Origin: Candidatus Vogelbacteria bacterium
GTDB lineage: Bacteria; Patescibacteriota; Minisyncoccia; Phycocordibacterales; XYD1-FULL-46-19
DNA: 64,000 nucleotides
Assembly: GCA_016188295.1 (NCBI GenBank)
Contig: JACPIA010000004.1
Coordinates: 42,478-106,477 of the forward strand
Direction: 5' to 3'
Positions 47,701-57,880 of the stretch are shown here, piece by piece. Position 1 is the first letter of the stretch, and each line of letters begins with the position of its first letter. The notes under the pieces are model-generated. The model was not told the origin of the DNA. It did not search any database and saw only the letters and a program-made list of their open reading frames with translations. Made by a program: the position numbers and the translations under genes.

Positions 47701-49476
47701 TTATTTTATTATTTTATTATTTTTTGCTTGAAATATTTTCCAAACCAAGTCGGTATTGATATACCAACGGTAGATGTCGTTAAAGCGCTCATCGGGCCGT
47801 GTGAGTTTGTCTAAATTAACGCCTTGGATTTTTTCTGGTAAGACATAAATAAAGTAAGGAGCGTAAAGTAAGATTGCCGGAACGTCAGCCTTAATTAAAT
47901 TAGCCGCTTTGGTATAATTAACGTTACGACTCTCGGTACTTACCGCGGTTCGGCCATCCTCTAATAATTTATCGACATTAGAGTTGGTGTAGAGAGCAAT
48001 ATTAAGTCCGGGATCTAAACGTTGTGACGAGTGCCAAAAGGAGAAAGGGTCGGGATGACGGCCGACAATCTCACCGAATAATAAGGCATCATATTTACGC
48101 GGTCGAATACTGTTTTGATTTAGATCACCAATCTCAAAAATCTTAACTTCAACTTGGGCGCCAAATTTTTGCCACATTGACTGGAGTAATAAAGCAGTGG
48201 TTTTAAGATCGGTGACGTCCGAGGTGGTGATCGAGAAAGCCAGCGGCGTTCGGCCGGTTTTGGTGGTTTTAACCCAAATACCTTGGGTGTCTCGTTTCCA
48301 ACCCGTGCTGATTAGTAGCGACTCGGCACGAATAAGGTTGGTGGTCGTGGCTGTACTTGAGGCGTTAATGATTGTCAATGGATTGATCGGATTGATTACC
48401 GGCAAGCCAAAACCGCCTAGTACTTGGTCAATAATTTGCTGGCGATCAGTGACTAAATCTAAAGCTTGGCGTACTTCCTTGTTCGCTAAGACCGGCGCTT
48501 GGTTTTGATTAAAAAAGACACCAAACATCCGCGGTAAGGGAGTGGTGCGGACAGTAATATTTTTTTGCTTCAGTAATTTAATAATCTCCGGAGAGACGGC
48601 ATTTATCGCTGTGATTTCACCGTGATCAAAAGCGGTTAAAAGTGCCTGCTCATTTGGGTAAAAGTAAAGTCTAATTTGGCTGAGGTGCACTTGGCCCAGA
48701 GCAAAATGTTTAAAGGGCGAGAGCTCGTAAAAAATGGGGATACCCGAGCGATCACGCTTAATTGTTTTAATTTGATATGGTCCGGTACCGACTGGATTAG
48801 TATTTAAATCACTCGCGACAAATTGTTCGGTTGTAACCTCGCTCCATAAATGTTTTGGTACCAAACCCATAGTGGTATTTTCCAAAAAATTGGCAAACGG
48901 TTGTTTTAAAGCAAAACGGACGGTGTAAGCATCAACCGCCTCCACCTTAACTCCTTCCCATGAGGCGCGTTTGGTGCTCTTAATCATAGGATCTTGGGCT
49001 CGCTCGACGCTAAAGACAACATCGGCGGCAGTTACTGGTTCGCCGTCATGCCAGATCAAATTAGGCCGTAAAGTAAAGGTATAAGTTTTAGCATCGGTAG
49101 AAACAGTAAAAGATTCAGCTAGATCGGGAATGATTTCGTCACCTTGAGCTCGCATTAATCCCGAGTAGACTAAGGTGGCCAAGTCACGATCAGCGGTAGA
49201 GTTGGCTAGTAGTGGATTAATAAAGCGGGGTGAGCCGATCACTCCCTCATAAAGACTACCACCGGTCGTTGGGACTGCCACCATAAACTGGCGATTAAAA
49301 GTAGTTATTAGTCCAATTAGACCAATTATTCCCACCATTACTAAAATAGCCAACAATAATTTTTGTGTCCGTGGGTAAGTGTGAGGGGCGGTTATTAACG
49401 CCTCGTGTCCGGGGTAGTGCGCCAAATGTTTGATCGTGCCCCAGACACTCATTAGTAAAGAGGGTTTTAATTTCAC
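47701..49476 (-). CDS. ABC peptide-binding protein (SBP family 5), membrane anchored
   Basis: PDLAES..S.D..TYTFTLR...WHDG, PVGTGPY. Confidence 0.9.
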   Translation of the reverse strand: MKLKPSLLMSVWGTIKHLAHYPGHEALITAPHTYPRTQKLLLAILVMVGIIGLIGLITTFNRQFMVAVPTTGGSLYEGVIGSPRFINPLLANSTADRDLATLVYSGLMRAQGDEIIPDLAESFTVSTDAKTYTFTLRPNLIWHDGEPVTAADVVFSVERAQDPMIKSTKRASWEGVKVEAVDAYTVRFALKQPFANFLENTTMGLVPKHLWSEVTTEQFVASDLNTNPVGTGPYQIKTIKRDRSGIPIFYELSPFKHFALGQVHLSQIRLYFYPNEQALLTAFDHGEITAINAVSPEIIKLLKQKNITVRTTPLPRMFGVFFNQNQAPVLANKEVRQALDLVTDRQQIIDQVLGGFGLPVINPINPLTIINASSTATTTNLIRAESLLISTGWKRDTQGIWVKTTKTGRTPLAFSITTSDVTDLKTTALLLQSMWQKFGAQVEVKIFEIGDLNQNSIRPRKYDALLFGEIVGRHPDPFSFWHSSQRLDPGLNIALYTNSNVDKLLEDGRTAVSTESRNVNYTKAANLIKADVPAILLYAPYFIYVLPEKIQGVNLDKLTRPDERFNDIYRWYINTDLVWKIFQAKNNKIIK

Positions 49477-49505
49477 AACAAATTAGTGATTAATTTTTTA
49501 GAGAT

Positions 49506-49736
49506 TTAAATAAAAAGGGAGATGAGAGCTAAAACGACAAAAATAATCGCTAAACTGATGGTGCTATAAAAGAGGATTTTTTCCGAACCACGTTTAGTAT
49601 GGGTAATGCCACCGCCTTGGGATGAGCCAAAAGCACTACCTAAACCAGCCTCACTTTGTTGGAAGAGGATAGCGGCAACTAATAGGACCGAGACAGTAAC
49701 TTGGGCCCAAGGCAACAAGAGGCGGAGCAATTCCAT
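49506..49736 (-). CDS. secG: preprotein translocase SecG
   Basis: ILFQ..AGLGSAFG...RGSEK, two TM helices. Confidence 0.93.
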   Translation of the reverse strand: MELLRLLLPWAQVTVSVLLVAAILFQQSEAGLGSAFGSSQGGGITHTKRGSEKILFYSTISLAIIFVVLALISLFI

Positions 49737-49827
49737 GCGTTACCTATTGTACCAAATATCAATCGAGATGCAAGTTTTGTGACCGCCCTTTACTTTTTTA
49801 AGGTGTCGAGTATACTAGACCGGATAT

Positions 49828-50490
49828 ATGGAGACATTAACCGCTGAGGTTCGTACTATTTTTGGTAAACAATTAGCCCCTTATCGCCAGGTGGGCAAAT
49901 TACCCGTGGTCGCTTATGGTGGCAAAAGTGAAGCTAAACCACTTTTCCTTTCAATTAAAGAATTTAAAAAAGTATTTGCCAATGCTGGTGAGTCTTCGAT
50001 TGTTTCGGTAGCTATGCCCGAGGGTATCAAAGAAGTGCTCATTCACGGTGTCGATTTTCATCCAGTTACTGGTGAGCCGATCCATGCTGATTTATTACTC
50101 GTGGATATGAATAAGCCAATTAGGGTTAGTGTTCCGCTCGAGTTTACCGGCGAATCGCCAGCGGTTAAAGACTTGGGTGGCGCTCTCATTAAAGTACTGC
50201 ACGAAATTGAGATTGAGGCTTTGCCTAAAAATTTACCTCATAATTTAATTATAGATATTTCCAGTTTGGTTGCGCTCGACAGTCAGATTTTAGTCAAAGA
50301 AGTAGTGTTACCAGCGGGTGTCACTTTAATCTCGGAGCTGGAGGGGGTGGTCGCTTCGATCACTACTGCCGGTGAGGAGATCAAGGAGGAAGAAGAGCCG
50401 GTTGACCTCTCGGCGATTGAAGTGGAGCAAAAAGGTAAAAAGGATGAGGAAGAAATTGGTATTCCTGATGCCATTCCTACTGCTGAATAA
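49828..50490 (+). CDS. rplY: 50S ribosomal protein bL25/Ctc
   Basis: PVVAYG, HPVTGEPIHADL, LP..LP..L..DIS.L. Confidence 0.94.
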   Translation: METLTAEVRTIFGKQLAPYRQVGKLPVVAYGGKSEAKPLFLSIKEFKKVFANAGESSIVSVAMPEGIKEVLIHGVDFHPVTGEPIHADLLLVDMNKPIRVSVPLEFTGESPAVKDLGGALIKVLHEIEIEALPKNLPHNLIIDISSLVALDSQILVKEVVLPAGVTLISELEGVVASITTAGEEIKEEEEPVDLSAIEVEQKGKKDEEEIGIPDAIPTAE

Positions 50491-50517
50491 CTTAAATTGA
50501 TCTGATATAATAAGTTG

Positions 50518-51840
50518 ATGGGCAAAAACCATTGGCTTTTAGTTTTGATATTCAGTTTGGCGATCTGGCCCACTTTAGTAGTGGTGGCGCAAACTAATGA
50601 ACAAAAAGTGGCTCAACAAGCAAAATTAGAGGCTGAGCTAAGAAAGGTCGAGGCCGAAATTGCGGCGCAAACTAAATTATTACAGGCTAAACAAAAAGAA
50701 ACCGCCTCGATTACTCGCGATGTTTCTATTTTAACTTTTCAAATTAATACCGCTAAATTAAATATCCAAGCCAAACAATTGGAAATTAAACGTTTAGGTA
50801 CTGATATTGGTAAGAAAACCCAAGTAATTGGGACACTGATCTCTAAAATCGATCAAGGAGAAGAGTCTTTGTCTGAGTTGCTGCGTAATTATCGCCAACT
50901 TGATGATATTTCACTGGTAGAGGTGGCACTAGCTGATAATTCAGTCTCCAATTTGTTTGGTGATTTTAATACCTTTGATTCAATTCAAGCGTCGCTACAT
51001 CAATCCTTCAGCTATATTCGTGACACTAAGAGCGAGACCGAAAAACAAAAAAGTACTTTAGAGAGTCGTCAAGCGGCCGAGATCAATGCACGTCAGATAA
51101 TTGAAAATGAAAAAGTCAAAATCGAGCGCGCCGAAAAGGAAAAGAAAGCCCTCTTGGCTATTAGTAAAGGGCAGGAAAGCCAATATCGTGACATTTTGGC
51201 TTACAAACAAAAACAAAAAGAAGATATTCGTAATGCTCTATTCCGTCTTCGAGGGGTCTCGACCAGTATTTCTTTTGGTCAGGCTCTTGATTATGCTACT
51301 GCAGCTTCACAAAAGACTGGCGTTCGCCCAGCTTTGATTTTGGCGATCTTAACTCAAGAAACTAACTTGGGGCAAAATATTGGTACTTGTAATCGCCCCG
51401 GCGATCCACCTGAGAAGCATTACACGCAAATTATGAAGCCGACTCGTGATCTCGCCCCTTATTTAGAAATTACCAAATCTTTGGGTCTTAATCCGGAGAT
51501 CCAACCACTTTCTTGTCCATATGGTAACGGTTATGGTGGCGCCATGGGTCCGTCACAATTTATTCCCTCAACCTGGGTGCTTTATCGGGATCGGGTAGCG
51601 GCGATTACTGGCAACCGGCCGGCTAATCCTTGGGTGCCACGAGACGCCTTTACCGCCACCTCTTTGTTGATGTCTGATTTAGGGGCGGCTAGTGGTGATT
51701 ATGCCTCTGAGCGCCGAGCGGCGCTGAAGTACTATGCGGGTGGTAATTGGCAAAACCCAGCCAATGCTTTTTATGGTAATTCAGTAATGAGTTTTGCCAC
51801 TACTTATCAGTCACAAATCGATATCTTGCAAGCTAAGTAA
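50518..51840 (+). CDS. secreted coiled-coil protein with lytic transglycosylase domain
   Basis: Signal peptide, CwlO/PcsB-like coiled coil, [20 protein letters not shown]. Confidence 0.85.
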   Translation: MGKNHWLLVLIFSLAIWPTLVVVAQTNEQKVAQQAKLEAELRKVEAEIAAQTKLLQAKQKETASITRDVSILTFQINTAKLNIQAKQLEIKRLGTDIGKKTQVIGTLISKIDQGEESLSELLRNYRQLDDISLVEVALADNSVSNLFGDFNTFDSIQASLHQSFSYIRDTKSETEKQKSTLESRQAAEINARQIIENEKVKIERAEKEKKALLAISKGQESQYRDILAYKQKQKEDIRNALFRLRGVSTSISFGQALDYATAASQKTGVRPALILAILTQETNLGQNIGTCNRPGDPPEKHYTQIMKPTRDLAPYLEITKSLGLNPEIQPLSCPYGNGYGGAMGPSQFIPSTWVLYRDRVAAITGNRPANPWVPRDAFTATSLLMSDLGAASGDYASERRAALKYYAGGNWQNPANAFYGNSVMSFATTYQSQIDILQAK

Positions 51841-51863
51841 TTCTCTGGTACTATAGCCACATT

Positions 51864-52073
51864 ATGAAAGCGGACATTCATCCCGTTTATCATGCCGAGG
51901 CCAAAGTAATCTGCGCTTGCGGTAATAAGTTTAGCATTGGCTCCACTAAAGAAAAGATCGAGGTGGAGATTTGCAGTGCTTGTCACCCGTTTTTTACCGG
52001 TTTAGATAAGGTAATGGATACTGCCGGCCGAGTAGAGAAGTTTAAAGGCCGAGCCGCTAAAAAGAAAAAGTAA
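51864..52073 (+). CDS. rpmE: 50S ribosomal protein bL31
   Basis: [27 protein letters not shown]. Confidence 0.97.
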   Translation: MKADIHPVYHAEAKVICACGNKFSIGSTKEKIEVEICSACHPFFTGLDKVMDTAGRVEKFKGRAAKKKK

Positions 52074-52079
52074 CTCTAT

Positions 52080-53060
52080 ATGGATGAGCTTGAACGCTTT
52101 CGCGGCAATCCTCGCACCGCGTATTTGGTGGCTGAGTATGATCGGTTAAAGGTCAAAATTAATGAGCTGGAAACAATCGCCTCCACTGAGGAGGCGATGC
52201 AATTATTAGCCCAAGCAGAAATAGATTCACTTAAGGAACAACAAAGACATTTGTTAATATTACTGGAAGAGATTATCGCTAAAGAGGTCAAGGAAGAGGA
52301 GGAGGAGGAGGAGGTGAAAGAGATTATTATGGAGATCCGAGCTGGTGCCGGCGGTGAGGAGTCGGCTTTGTTCGCCGCTAAGTTAGCGGCCATGTATGAG
52401 CGCTATGCCTTAACGCGTGGTTGGCAATTTACTATTATTGATGTCTCTAAGAGCGAGCTTGGCGGTTATAAAGAGGCGATGTTTGAGATTTTGGGCCGAG
52501 GTGTTTTTGATGATCTTAAATTTGAGCAAGGGGTGCATCGGATTCAGCGTGTTCCTCCGACCGAGAAACAGGGTCGCGTTCATACTTCCACCGCTTCAGT
52601 AGCTATTTTACCCGTGCGTCAATTCAGTAAAATCATTTTAAATCCATCAGATTTGGAAATCACTTTTTCGCGCTCGGGCGGGGCGGGCGGGCAAAATGTT
52701 AACAAAGTAGAGACGGCGGTTCGTATCCTCCATAAACCCACGGGGCTAGTGGTGCGTTCGCAAAGCGAGCGTTTTCAAGCGCGGAATAAAGAAAAAGCCT
52801 TAGAAATTTTACAGGCTAAATTAGCGGTAGTTCAAGAAGAAACCGAGGCCAAAAATTTATCAGTGGAACGTAAAAGTCAAATTGGTACTGGCGACCGCTC
52901 GGAGAAAATCCGGACCTATAATGTGCTCCAAGATCGGGTAACCGACCACCGGGTCAAAGAGTCTTGGCATGGCATCGAGACGATTTTTGAGGGTCAAATC
53001 GACCGAATCATCCAAGCCTTTAAAAATATGGAGGTTGTGGATAACAATCCAACCTCTTGA
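52080..53060 (+). CDS. prfA: peptide chain release factor 1
   Basis: QRVPPTE (PxT), [18 protein letters not shown]. Confidence 0.95.
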   Translation: MDELERFRGNPRTAYLVAEYDRLKVKINELETIASTEEAMQLLAQAEIDSLKEQQRHLLILLEEIIAKEVKEEEEEEEVKEIIMEIRAGAGGEESALFAAKLAAMYERYALTRGWQFTIIDVSKSELGGYKEAMFEILGRGVFDDLKFEQGVHRIQRVPPTEKQGRVHTSTASVAILPVRQFSKIILNPSDLEITFSRSGGAGGQNVNKVETAVRILHKPTGLVVRSQSERFQARNKEKALEILQAKLAVVQEETEAKNLSVERKSQIGTGDRSEKIRTYNVLQDRVTDHRVKESWHGIETIFEGQIDRIIQAFKNMEVVDNNPTS

Positions 53061-53088
53061 TCAACTGTCGTGCTACTATAAAAGTACT

Positions 53089-54693
53089 ATGTGGCGGTTT
53101 ATCTTGGTCGGCAGTGTATTTTTAATATTAATCGGTGGTTTTTTTATTAATACGGCCGTTGCCGCGCCACTTGATCTATCGGGTTGGGCTTGGAGTTCTA
53201 ATATTGGTTGGATTAGTTTTAATTCAGCCAATAGTCCTGGTGGCTCACCGCAGGGCTTTAAGGTCCAATTACTTGATGTCGATGCTAACGGTAATCGGCC
53301 ATTAGTCGGCTATGCTTGGAGCTCTAATATTGGTTGGATTAAATTTGATTCCTTTTTAAGTGGTCCGACGATTGCTGCAAATGACTCCCCGTTTCCGGCG
53401 AGATTGACTAATACTGGTTTGATTACTGGTTGGACTCGAGCATGTAGCATTTTATCGACTAACTGTAGTGGAGTGATGATTGCGAATACTAGCCGGGGTG
53501 GTTGGGATGGTTGGATTAAAATGAGCGGTATCAATCCTAATTATGGCGCTAATATTAACCTCCAAACCGGTATTGGTAGTGGTATGGCCTGGGGGTCTGA
53601 TATCGTTGGTTGGATTGATTTTAGTAGGGTTAGACTCGGAGTTTTGCCAGTGCCAGGCGTTACTTTAGTCGCCAATCCGACATCAGTTAATCTAAATAAC
53701 ACCACTCAATTAACTTGGACCGCTACTAATGTCAGTAGTTGCTTGGCTAGTGGTGGTTGGAGTGGTGTTAAGTCAATTGCCGGTGGCGTTGAGACTAGTG
53801 TTCCATTAATTACTAATACCACGTTTAGTATCTCTTGCGTACCGACTGCCGGTGGGCCCAATGTTACTGCTAGCGCTAACGTGACAGTCACTACGCCGGG
53901 TAATGGTTGTGACGATCCTGATGGTTGTCCACCTGATGGCGGCGATAATAAGACTTTAACTGTCAAGGTAATCGGGGATAGTACTATCAGTGGTAAAGCA
54001 TCCGGTAGTTTTGGGGAATGTACTAGTGCTCAAAGTCAATGTTCTTTTAACATAAGAACTAATACTTCGATATCGATTGCGGCCATTATCACCTCTAATT
54101 TCACACCTGAAGCCACAATTACCTGGTCTGGTAATAAGCCAAGTTCTTGTACTTTTGCTCTAGGGGTAAATCGATCAGATTGTACTGGTATCCTGATGGA
54201 TCGAGACCGCACGATTATCATAAACTTTAATGACGATGATGTATTGGAATCAGCCGAATTAACGGTTAGTTATGATTCATTAACCCGCAAAATTAAAGCT
54301 ACTGGTATTAATGTCGGTTCCACTAATCCCCAAAGTGAGTTTAGAAGTACTATCGCTAAAGTACTGTTTAGTAGTAGTGGGGTTACAGAGGTTAGTTTAA
54401 ATTATGATGCTGGCTCATTGACCGACATCAGTGATCGTCATCTATGTTCACCGGTGAATGGTAAGTTTGATCGGGGTGTTATCAACTCTGGACAGACAGC
54501 TCAATTCCAAGTTATTTTCCTAGACCGTTGTTCGGCCACCCCAACTACTAACTCGTACTACAGTATCGATAATACTAATGGCGACTTCCCGATCTATGTT
54601 ATAGCTAATTGGAATGATTCTGCTGGCAATCCCCAATATCGAGCGGTGACCATCCCACTGCAATATACCGAAAATATTACTAATCAGCCCTAA
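53089..54693 (+). CDS. secreted protein with Trp-rich G(W/Y)AWSxxxGW repeats and Ig-like domains
   Basis: Signal peptide; GWAWSSNIGWI, GYAWSSNIGWI, GMAWGSDIVGWI; Cys-paired Ig-like domains. Start re-set to ATG 53089. Confidence 0.75.
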   Translation: MWRFILVGSVFLILIGGFFINTAVAAPLDLSGWAWSSNIGWISFNSANSPGGSPQGFKVQLLDVDANGNRPLVGYAWSSNIGWIKFDSFLSGPTIAANDSPFPARLTNTGLITGWTRACSILSTNCSGVMIANTSRGGWDGWIKMSGINPNYGANINLQTGIGSGMAWGSDIVGWIDFSRVRLGVLPVPGVTLVANPTSVNLNNTTQLTWTATNVSSCLASGGWSGVKSIAGGVETSVPLITNTTFSISCVPTAGGPNVTASANVTVTTPGNGCDDPDGCPPDGGDNKTLTVKVIGDSTISGKASGSFGECTSAQSQCSFNIRTNTSISIAAIITSNFTPEATITWSGNKPSSCTFALGVNRSDCTGILMDRDRTIIINFNDDDVLESAELTVSYDSLTRKIKATGINVGSTNPQSEFRSTIAKVLFSSSGVTEVSLNYDAGSLTDISDRHLCSPVNGKFDRGVINSGQTAQFQVIFLDRCSATPTTNSYYSIDNTNGDFPIYVIANWNDSAGNPQYRAVTIPLQYTENITNQP

Positions 54694-54735
54694 ATTTGGT
54701 TGCGAGCGGTCTGGCTCCGTGTTAGACTAGCCCCT

Positions 54736-55503
54736 ATGTCTACTGATACCCCTAAAACCGAGAGTGCACCCGTGATTAAAGAGTTGGCCAGACTCGGGGC
54801 TCATTTTAGTTACTCGCGCCGCAGCCGGCATCCTTCAACTAAGCGCTTTATTTTTGGTTTCCGTAATCGGGCTTCCATCATCGATCTTCACAAAACAGCT
54901 ACAGCTTTAGATGAAGCTAAAGTTTTGATTAGAGAATTAGTCAGTAAGGGTAAGATGGTGATGATGGTTGGTACCAAATCTGAAGCCCGCGAGGCAGTGG
55001 CCCAAGTTGCTGAATCGGTGAACCAACCTTATGTTAACGAGCGTTGGTTGGGTGGTACTTTGACTAACTTTAAACAAATGCGCAAGCGGATTGATCGTTT
55101 GGCCGAACTTAAAGATAAGGGCGCTAAAGGTGAGCTCTCGGTCTATACTAAAAAAGAGCGATCTTTGATTGCTAAAGAGGTTGCAGACTTAGAGCGTTAT
55201 TTTGGTTCGCTTAGCTCAATGACTGGTATTCCAGGCGCTTTAATTGTAGTTGATCCTAAAGATGAGGCTATTGCCGTGGCTGAAGCGCACCAACTTAATA
55301 TTCCAGTGATTGCCTTGTGTGGCTCAGATTGTAATCTTTCGCTGGTTACCCACCCTGTGATGGTTAATGATAATAACAAAGCGACTATTAGTTTTATACT
55401 TAAAGATTTAGCCGCGGCCTATATTGAGGGTAAAGCCCTAGCGGTTAAAGCCGCGGCCGAGGCAGCCACAGTTGCTCCAGCCGAAACAACTACCAATGCT
55501 TAA
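54736..55503 (+). CDS. rpsB: 30S ribosomal protein uS2
   Basis: GAHF, VGTK, RWLGGTLTNF, AVAEA..L.IP. Confidence 0.97.
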   Translation: MSTDTPKTESAPVIKELARLGAHFSYSRRSRHPSTKRFIFGFRNRASIIDLHKTATALDEAKVLIRELVSKGKMVMMVGTKSEAREAVAQVAESVNQPYVNERWLGGTLTNFKQMRKRIDRLAELKDKGAKGELSVYTKKERSLIAKEVADLERYFGSLSSMTGIPGALIVVDPKDEAIAVAEAHQLNIPVIALCGSDCNLSLVTHPVMVNDNNKATISFILKDLAAAYIEGKALAVKAAAEAATVAPAETTTNA

Positions 55504-55951
55504 TACTGATCAAATTAAAGCTCTGCGCGAAGAGACCAGTATCTCGGTGGCCGAATGCAAAAAGGCGCTGGAAGAGGCGGGAGGTGATATGGACAAAGCG
55601 CGAGCCTTGTTACGGGAGCGGGGAGCAGTGATGGCTAGTAAAAAAGCTGATCGCGCTTTAGGTGCCGGCACCGTGGGCTCGTACCTCCACGCCAATGGCG
55701 CCATGGGAGCGTTAGTGGTGCTCCACTCTGAGACCGACTTTGTGGGTGGTAATCCGGAGTTTAAAGCTTTTGCCGCCGATTTAGCGATGCACGTGGCGGC
55801 AATGATGCCACCTAATCGTGAAGAATTTTTGGGACAACCCTTTGTTAAAGATCCGAGTCAAACCATTGACCAGTTGATCCAAGGGGCGGTCCAAAAGTTT
55901 GGTGAGCGAATTGAGATTGGTCAGTTTACTAGACTGGATTTGACCGTTTAA
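55496..55951 (+). CDS. tsf: elongation factor Ts (short form)
   Basis: LREET...ECKKAL, SETDFV, KFGERIEI..F.R; follows rpsB. Confidence 0.95.
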   Translation: MLNTDQIKALREETSISVAECKKALEEAGGDMDKARALLRERGAVMASKKADRALGAGTVGSYLHANGAMGALVVLHSETDFVGGNPEFKAFAADLAMHVAAMMPPNREEFLGQPFVKDPSQTIDQLIQGAVQKFGERIEIGQFTRLDLTV

Positions 55952-55975
55952 CTTGATTTAATCTTTTACATTTTT

Positions 55976-56371
55976 ATGTTATTTTTTACTTGGCTTTCAA
56001 TAACTGCTTTTGCCACCGTTAGCGTTTTGGTGTATAAGCAAGCTTGTGACTTGCGGGCGGGGGTTGTCTTAGTTGATAACTCCTACTCATTTGGTGGAGC
56101 CTTTGATCGTAAGGTGGATGATCTTGCGTTTTATTTAGCGGTATTTACTAAGGAATTTTTTCGTCGGACATTAATGCTTAGTTTGCTGGTGTTACGTCGA
56201 ATAATTGCTGAAGCTCGAGCCAGAGTAATCAAGGGGGAGAAGCGCTTTGCTCACTTTGTGGAGAGTTTACATGGGCGTCACTCGCTCCGCTCGCCCGAGT
56301 CCGTTTCCCATTTTTTGCGGGAGATCAAAGATCACGCTGATCAACTCAAAGCTAAAGCTCAAACCCGCTAG
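55976..56371 (+). CDS. hypothetical membrane-anchored protein
   Basis: N-terminal TM helix; no recognised motif. Confidence 0.65.
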   Translation: MLFFTWLSITAFATVSVLVYKQACDLRAGVVLVDNSYSFGGAFDRKVDDLAFYLAVFTKEFFRRTLMLSLLVLRRIIAEARARVIKGEKRFAHFVESLHGRHSLRSPESVSHFLREIKDHADQLKAKAQTR

Positions 56372-56405
56372 TTATTGTCAAGGTCTCACCTTGACAATAG
56401 AATTT

Positions 56406-56478
56406 GCCGCTCTAGCTCAATTGGTAGAGCAACTGTTTTGTAAACAGTAGGTTGTCGGTTCGAGTCCGACGAGCGGCT
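56406..56478 (+). tRNA. tRNA-Thr(TGT)
   Basis: Cloverleaf, anticodon loop TTTGTAA. Confidence 0.94.
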
Positions 56479-56480
56479 CA

Positions 56481-56567
56481 TTGGTAGCCCCGACGATCAG
56501 AATGTCGGGGTCCCGACCGAAGCGTCGGGAAGCAACTGTTTTGTAAACAGTAGGTTGTCGGTTCGAG
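56481..56567 (+). pseudogene. partial duplicate of tRNA-Thr(TGT) interrupted by a 43-bp double-hairpin element
   Basis: 56531-67 equals 56428-64 (37 bp); ttggtag at 56481-87; insert at 56488-530. Confidence 0.8.
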
Positions 56568-56828
56568 CGAAGTCGCAAAACCTCGGCTAATTCTTTTTAA
56601 AATTCCTTATTTTTCAACAACGAGGCTTAGCCTCGTTGTGTTGAGCCTCGAAGCGAGTCGGATAAATTTTTTCTTAGGTTCATATAACCACTCCAGTTTT
56701 GTAGAAAAAGATACAGGATCTCTCTTTTCACTTGATTTTTTTGGCATTTCTTGTAATGTGATTTTGGCATCAAGCTCGACAATTGGGCTTAAATCGTACA
56801 TTTCTAACCAAAGAAGGAGGACGGTTGT

Positions 56829-57788
56829 ATGAATATTCGAAGTTTCCGACAAATGCTGGAGAATCAATGGTCTCGCGGTAACTTTGTCTGCGTCGGGCTC
56901 GACAGCGAGTTTGGTAAGATTCCTGAGTCCGAGCACATAAGAGGTAACAATTACGGTGTAAATATTGCCAGAACCATCGCCGCGTTCAATCGTGCAATCG
57001 TGAAAGCGACGGGGGGCTTCGTGTGTGCTTACAAGCTGAACACTGCGTTCTACGAGGCGAATGGCGACGAGGGTATCGGTGCTTTGCAACGAACCATCGC
57101 GGATATCCACGCCATCGCGCCGGACGTTCCGGTGATTCTCGACGCGAAGCGTGCAGACATCGGCAACACCAACGCTGGTTATGTGGATGCGGCGTTCGGC
57201 TTCCTGCGTGCGGATGCGATCACAGTGCATCCGTATCTCGGAGCCGAAGCGCTTCAGCCATTTCTCGCGCGAGCGGAGAAGGGCATAATCGTGCTTTGCC
57301 ACACATCCAATCCGGGCGCGGGCGAGTTTCAAGACCGAGAAGTCGTATTGACCTTTGATGAACTTTCCACAGTTGTCGGTGATGCCGATCTGGCCAATTA
57401 TCTGATTGGGGAGATGGGTTGGAGCTATCCGACTGGCGGTTATCGGATACCAATGTACCAGTATGTAGCGCTTCGTGTATCGCGACATTGGAACAGAAGT
57501 GACAACTGCGCGGTCGTTGTCGGCGCCACGTATCCGGAAAAACTTCGGGCGGTACGCCGTATTGTCGGTGATATACCGATTCTCATTCCCGGTATCGGCG
57601 CGCAAGGTGGCGACGTGGAGAAAATTGTCTCCGCGGGCAAGAACAACTGCGGACAGGGCATGATCATCAACTCCTCGCGTGGTATTATCTTTGCTTCACA
57701 AGGAGCGGACTTCGCAAAAGCGGCTCGTCGCGAGACGGAAAGACTCCACGATTCCATTATCCGGTGTCTTAATCACACCGGTAATTAG
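56829..57788 (+). CDS. pyrF: orotidine-5'-phosphate decarboxylase (subfamily 2)
   Basis: VCVGLD, YKLNTAFYE, LDAKRADIGNT, VVGATYP, PGIGAQGG, NSSRGII. Confidence 0.95.
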   Translation: MNIRSFRQMLENQWSRGNFVCVGLDSEFGKIPESEHIRGNNYGVNIARTIAAFNRAIVKATGGFVCAYKLNTAFYEANGDEGIGALQRTIADIHAIAPDVPVILDAKRADIGNTNAGYVDAAFGFLRADAITVHPYLGAEALQPFLARAEKGIIVLCHTSNPGAGEFQDREVVLTFDELSTVVGDADLANYLIGEMGWSYPTGGYRIPMYQYVALRVSRHWNRSDNCAVVVGATYPEKLRAVRRIVGDIPILIPGIGAQGGDVEKIVSAGKNNCGQGMIINSSRGIIFASQGADFAKAARRETERLHDSIIRCLNHTGN

Positions 57789-57799
57789 TGATAATGTCG

Positions 57800-57836
57800 A
57801 CTGGTTCGCTGTTTATAGCGAACCAGTTTTCTTTTT
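57800..57836 (+). terminator. intrinsic terminator
   Basis: actggttcgct gtttat agcgaaccagt followed by a T-run. Confidence 0.75.
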
Positions 57837-57880
57837 ACCAGGAAACCCTACTCGGAAAGGGCCTATCCAAAGCCACTCGA

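Noticed and set aside
52296-52314. (GAG)n run in prfA as a phase-variation tract
   Set aside because: In-frame triplet run encoding an acidic linker; length change would not shift the frame.
56607-57605. 332-aa minus-strand ORF
   Set aside because: Antisense shadow of the GC-rich pyrF; no motifs.
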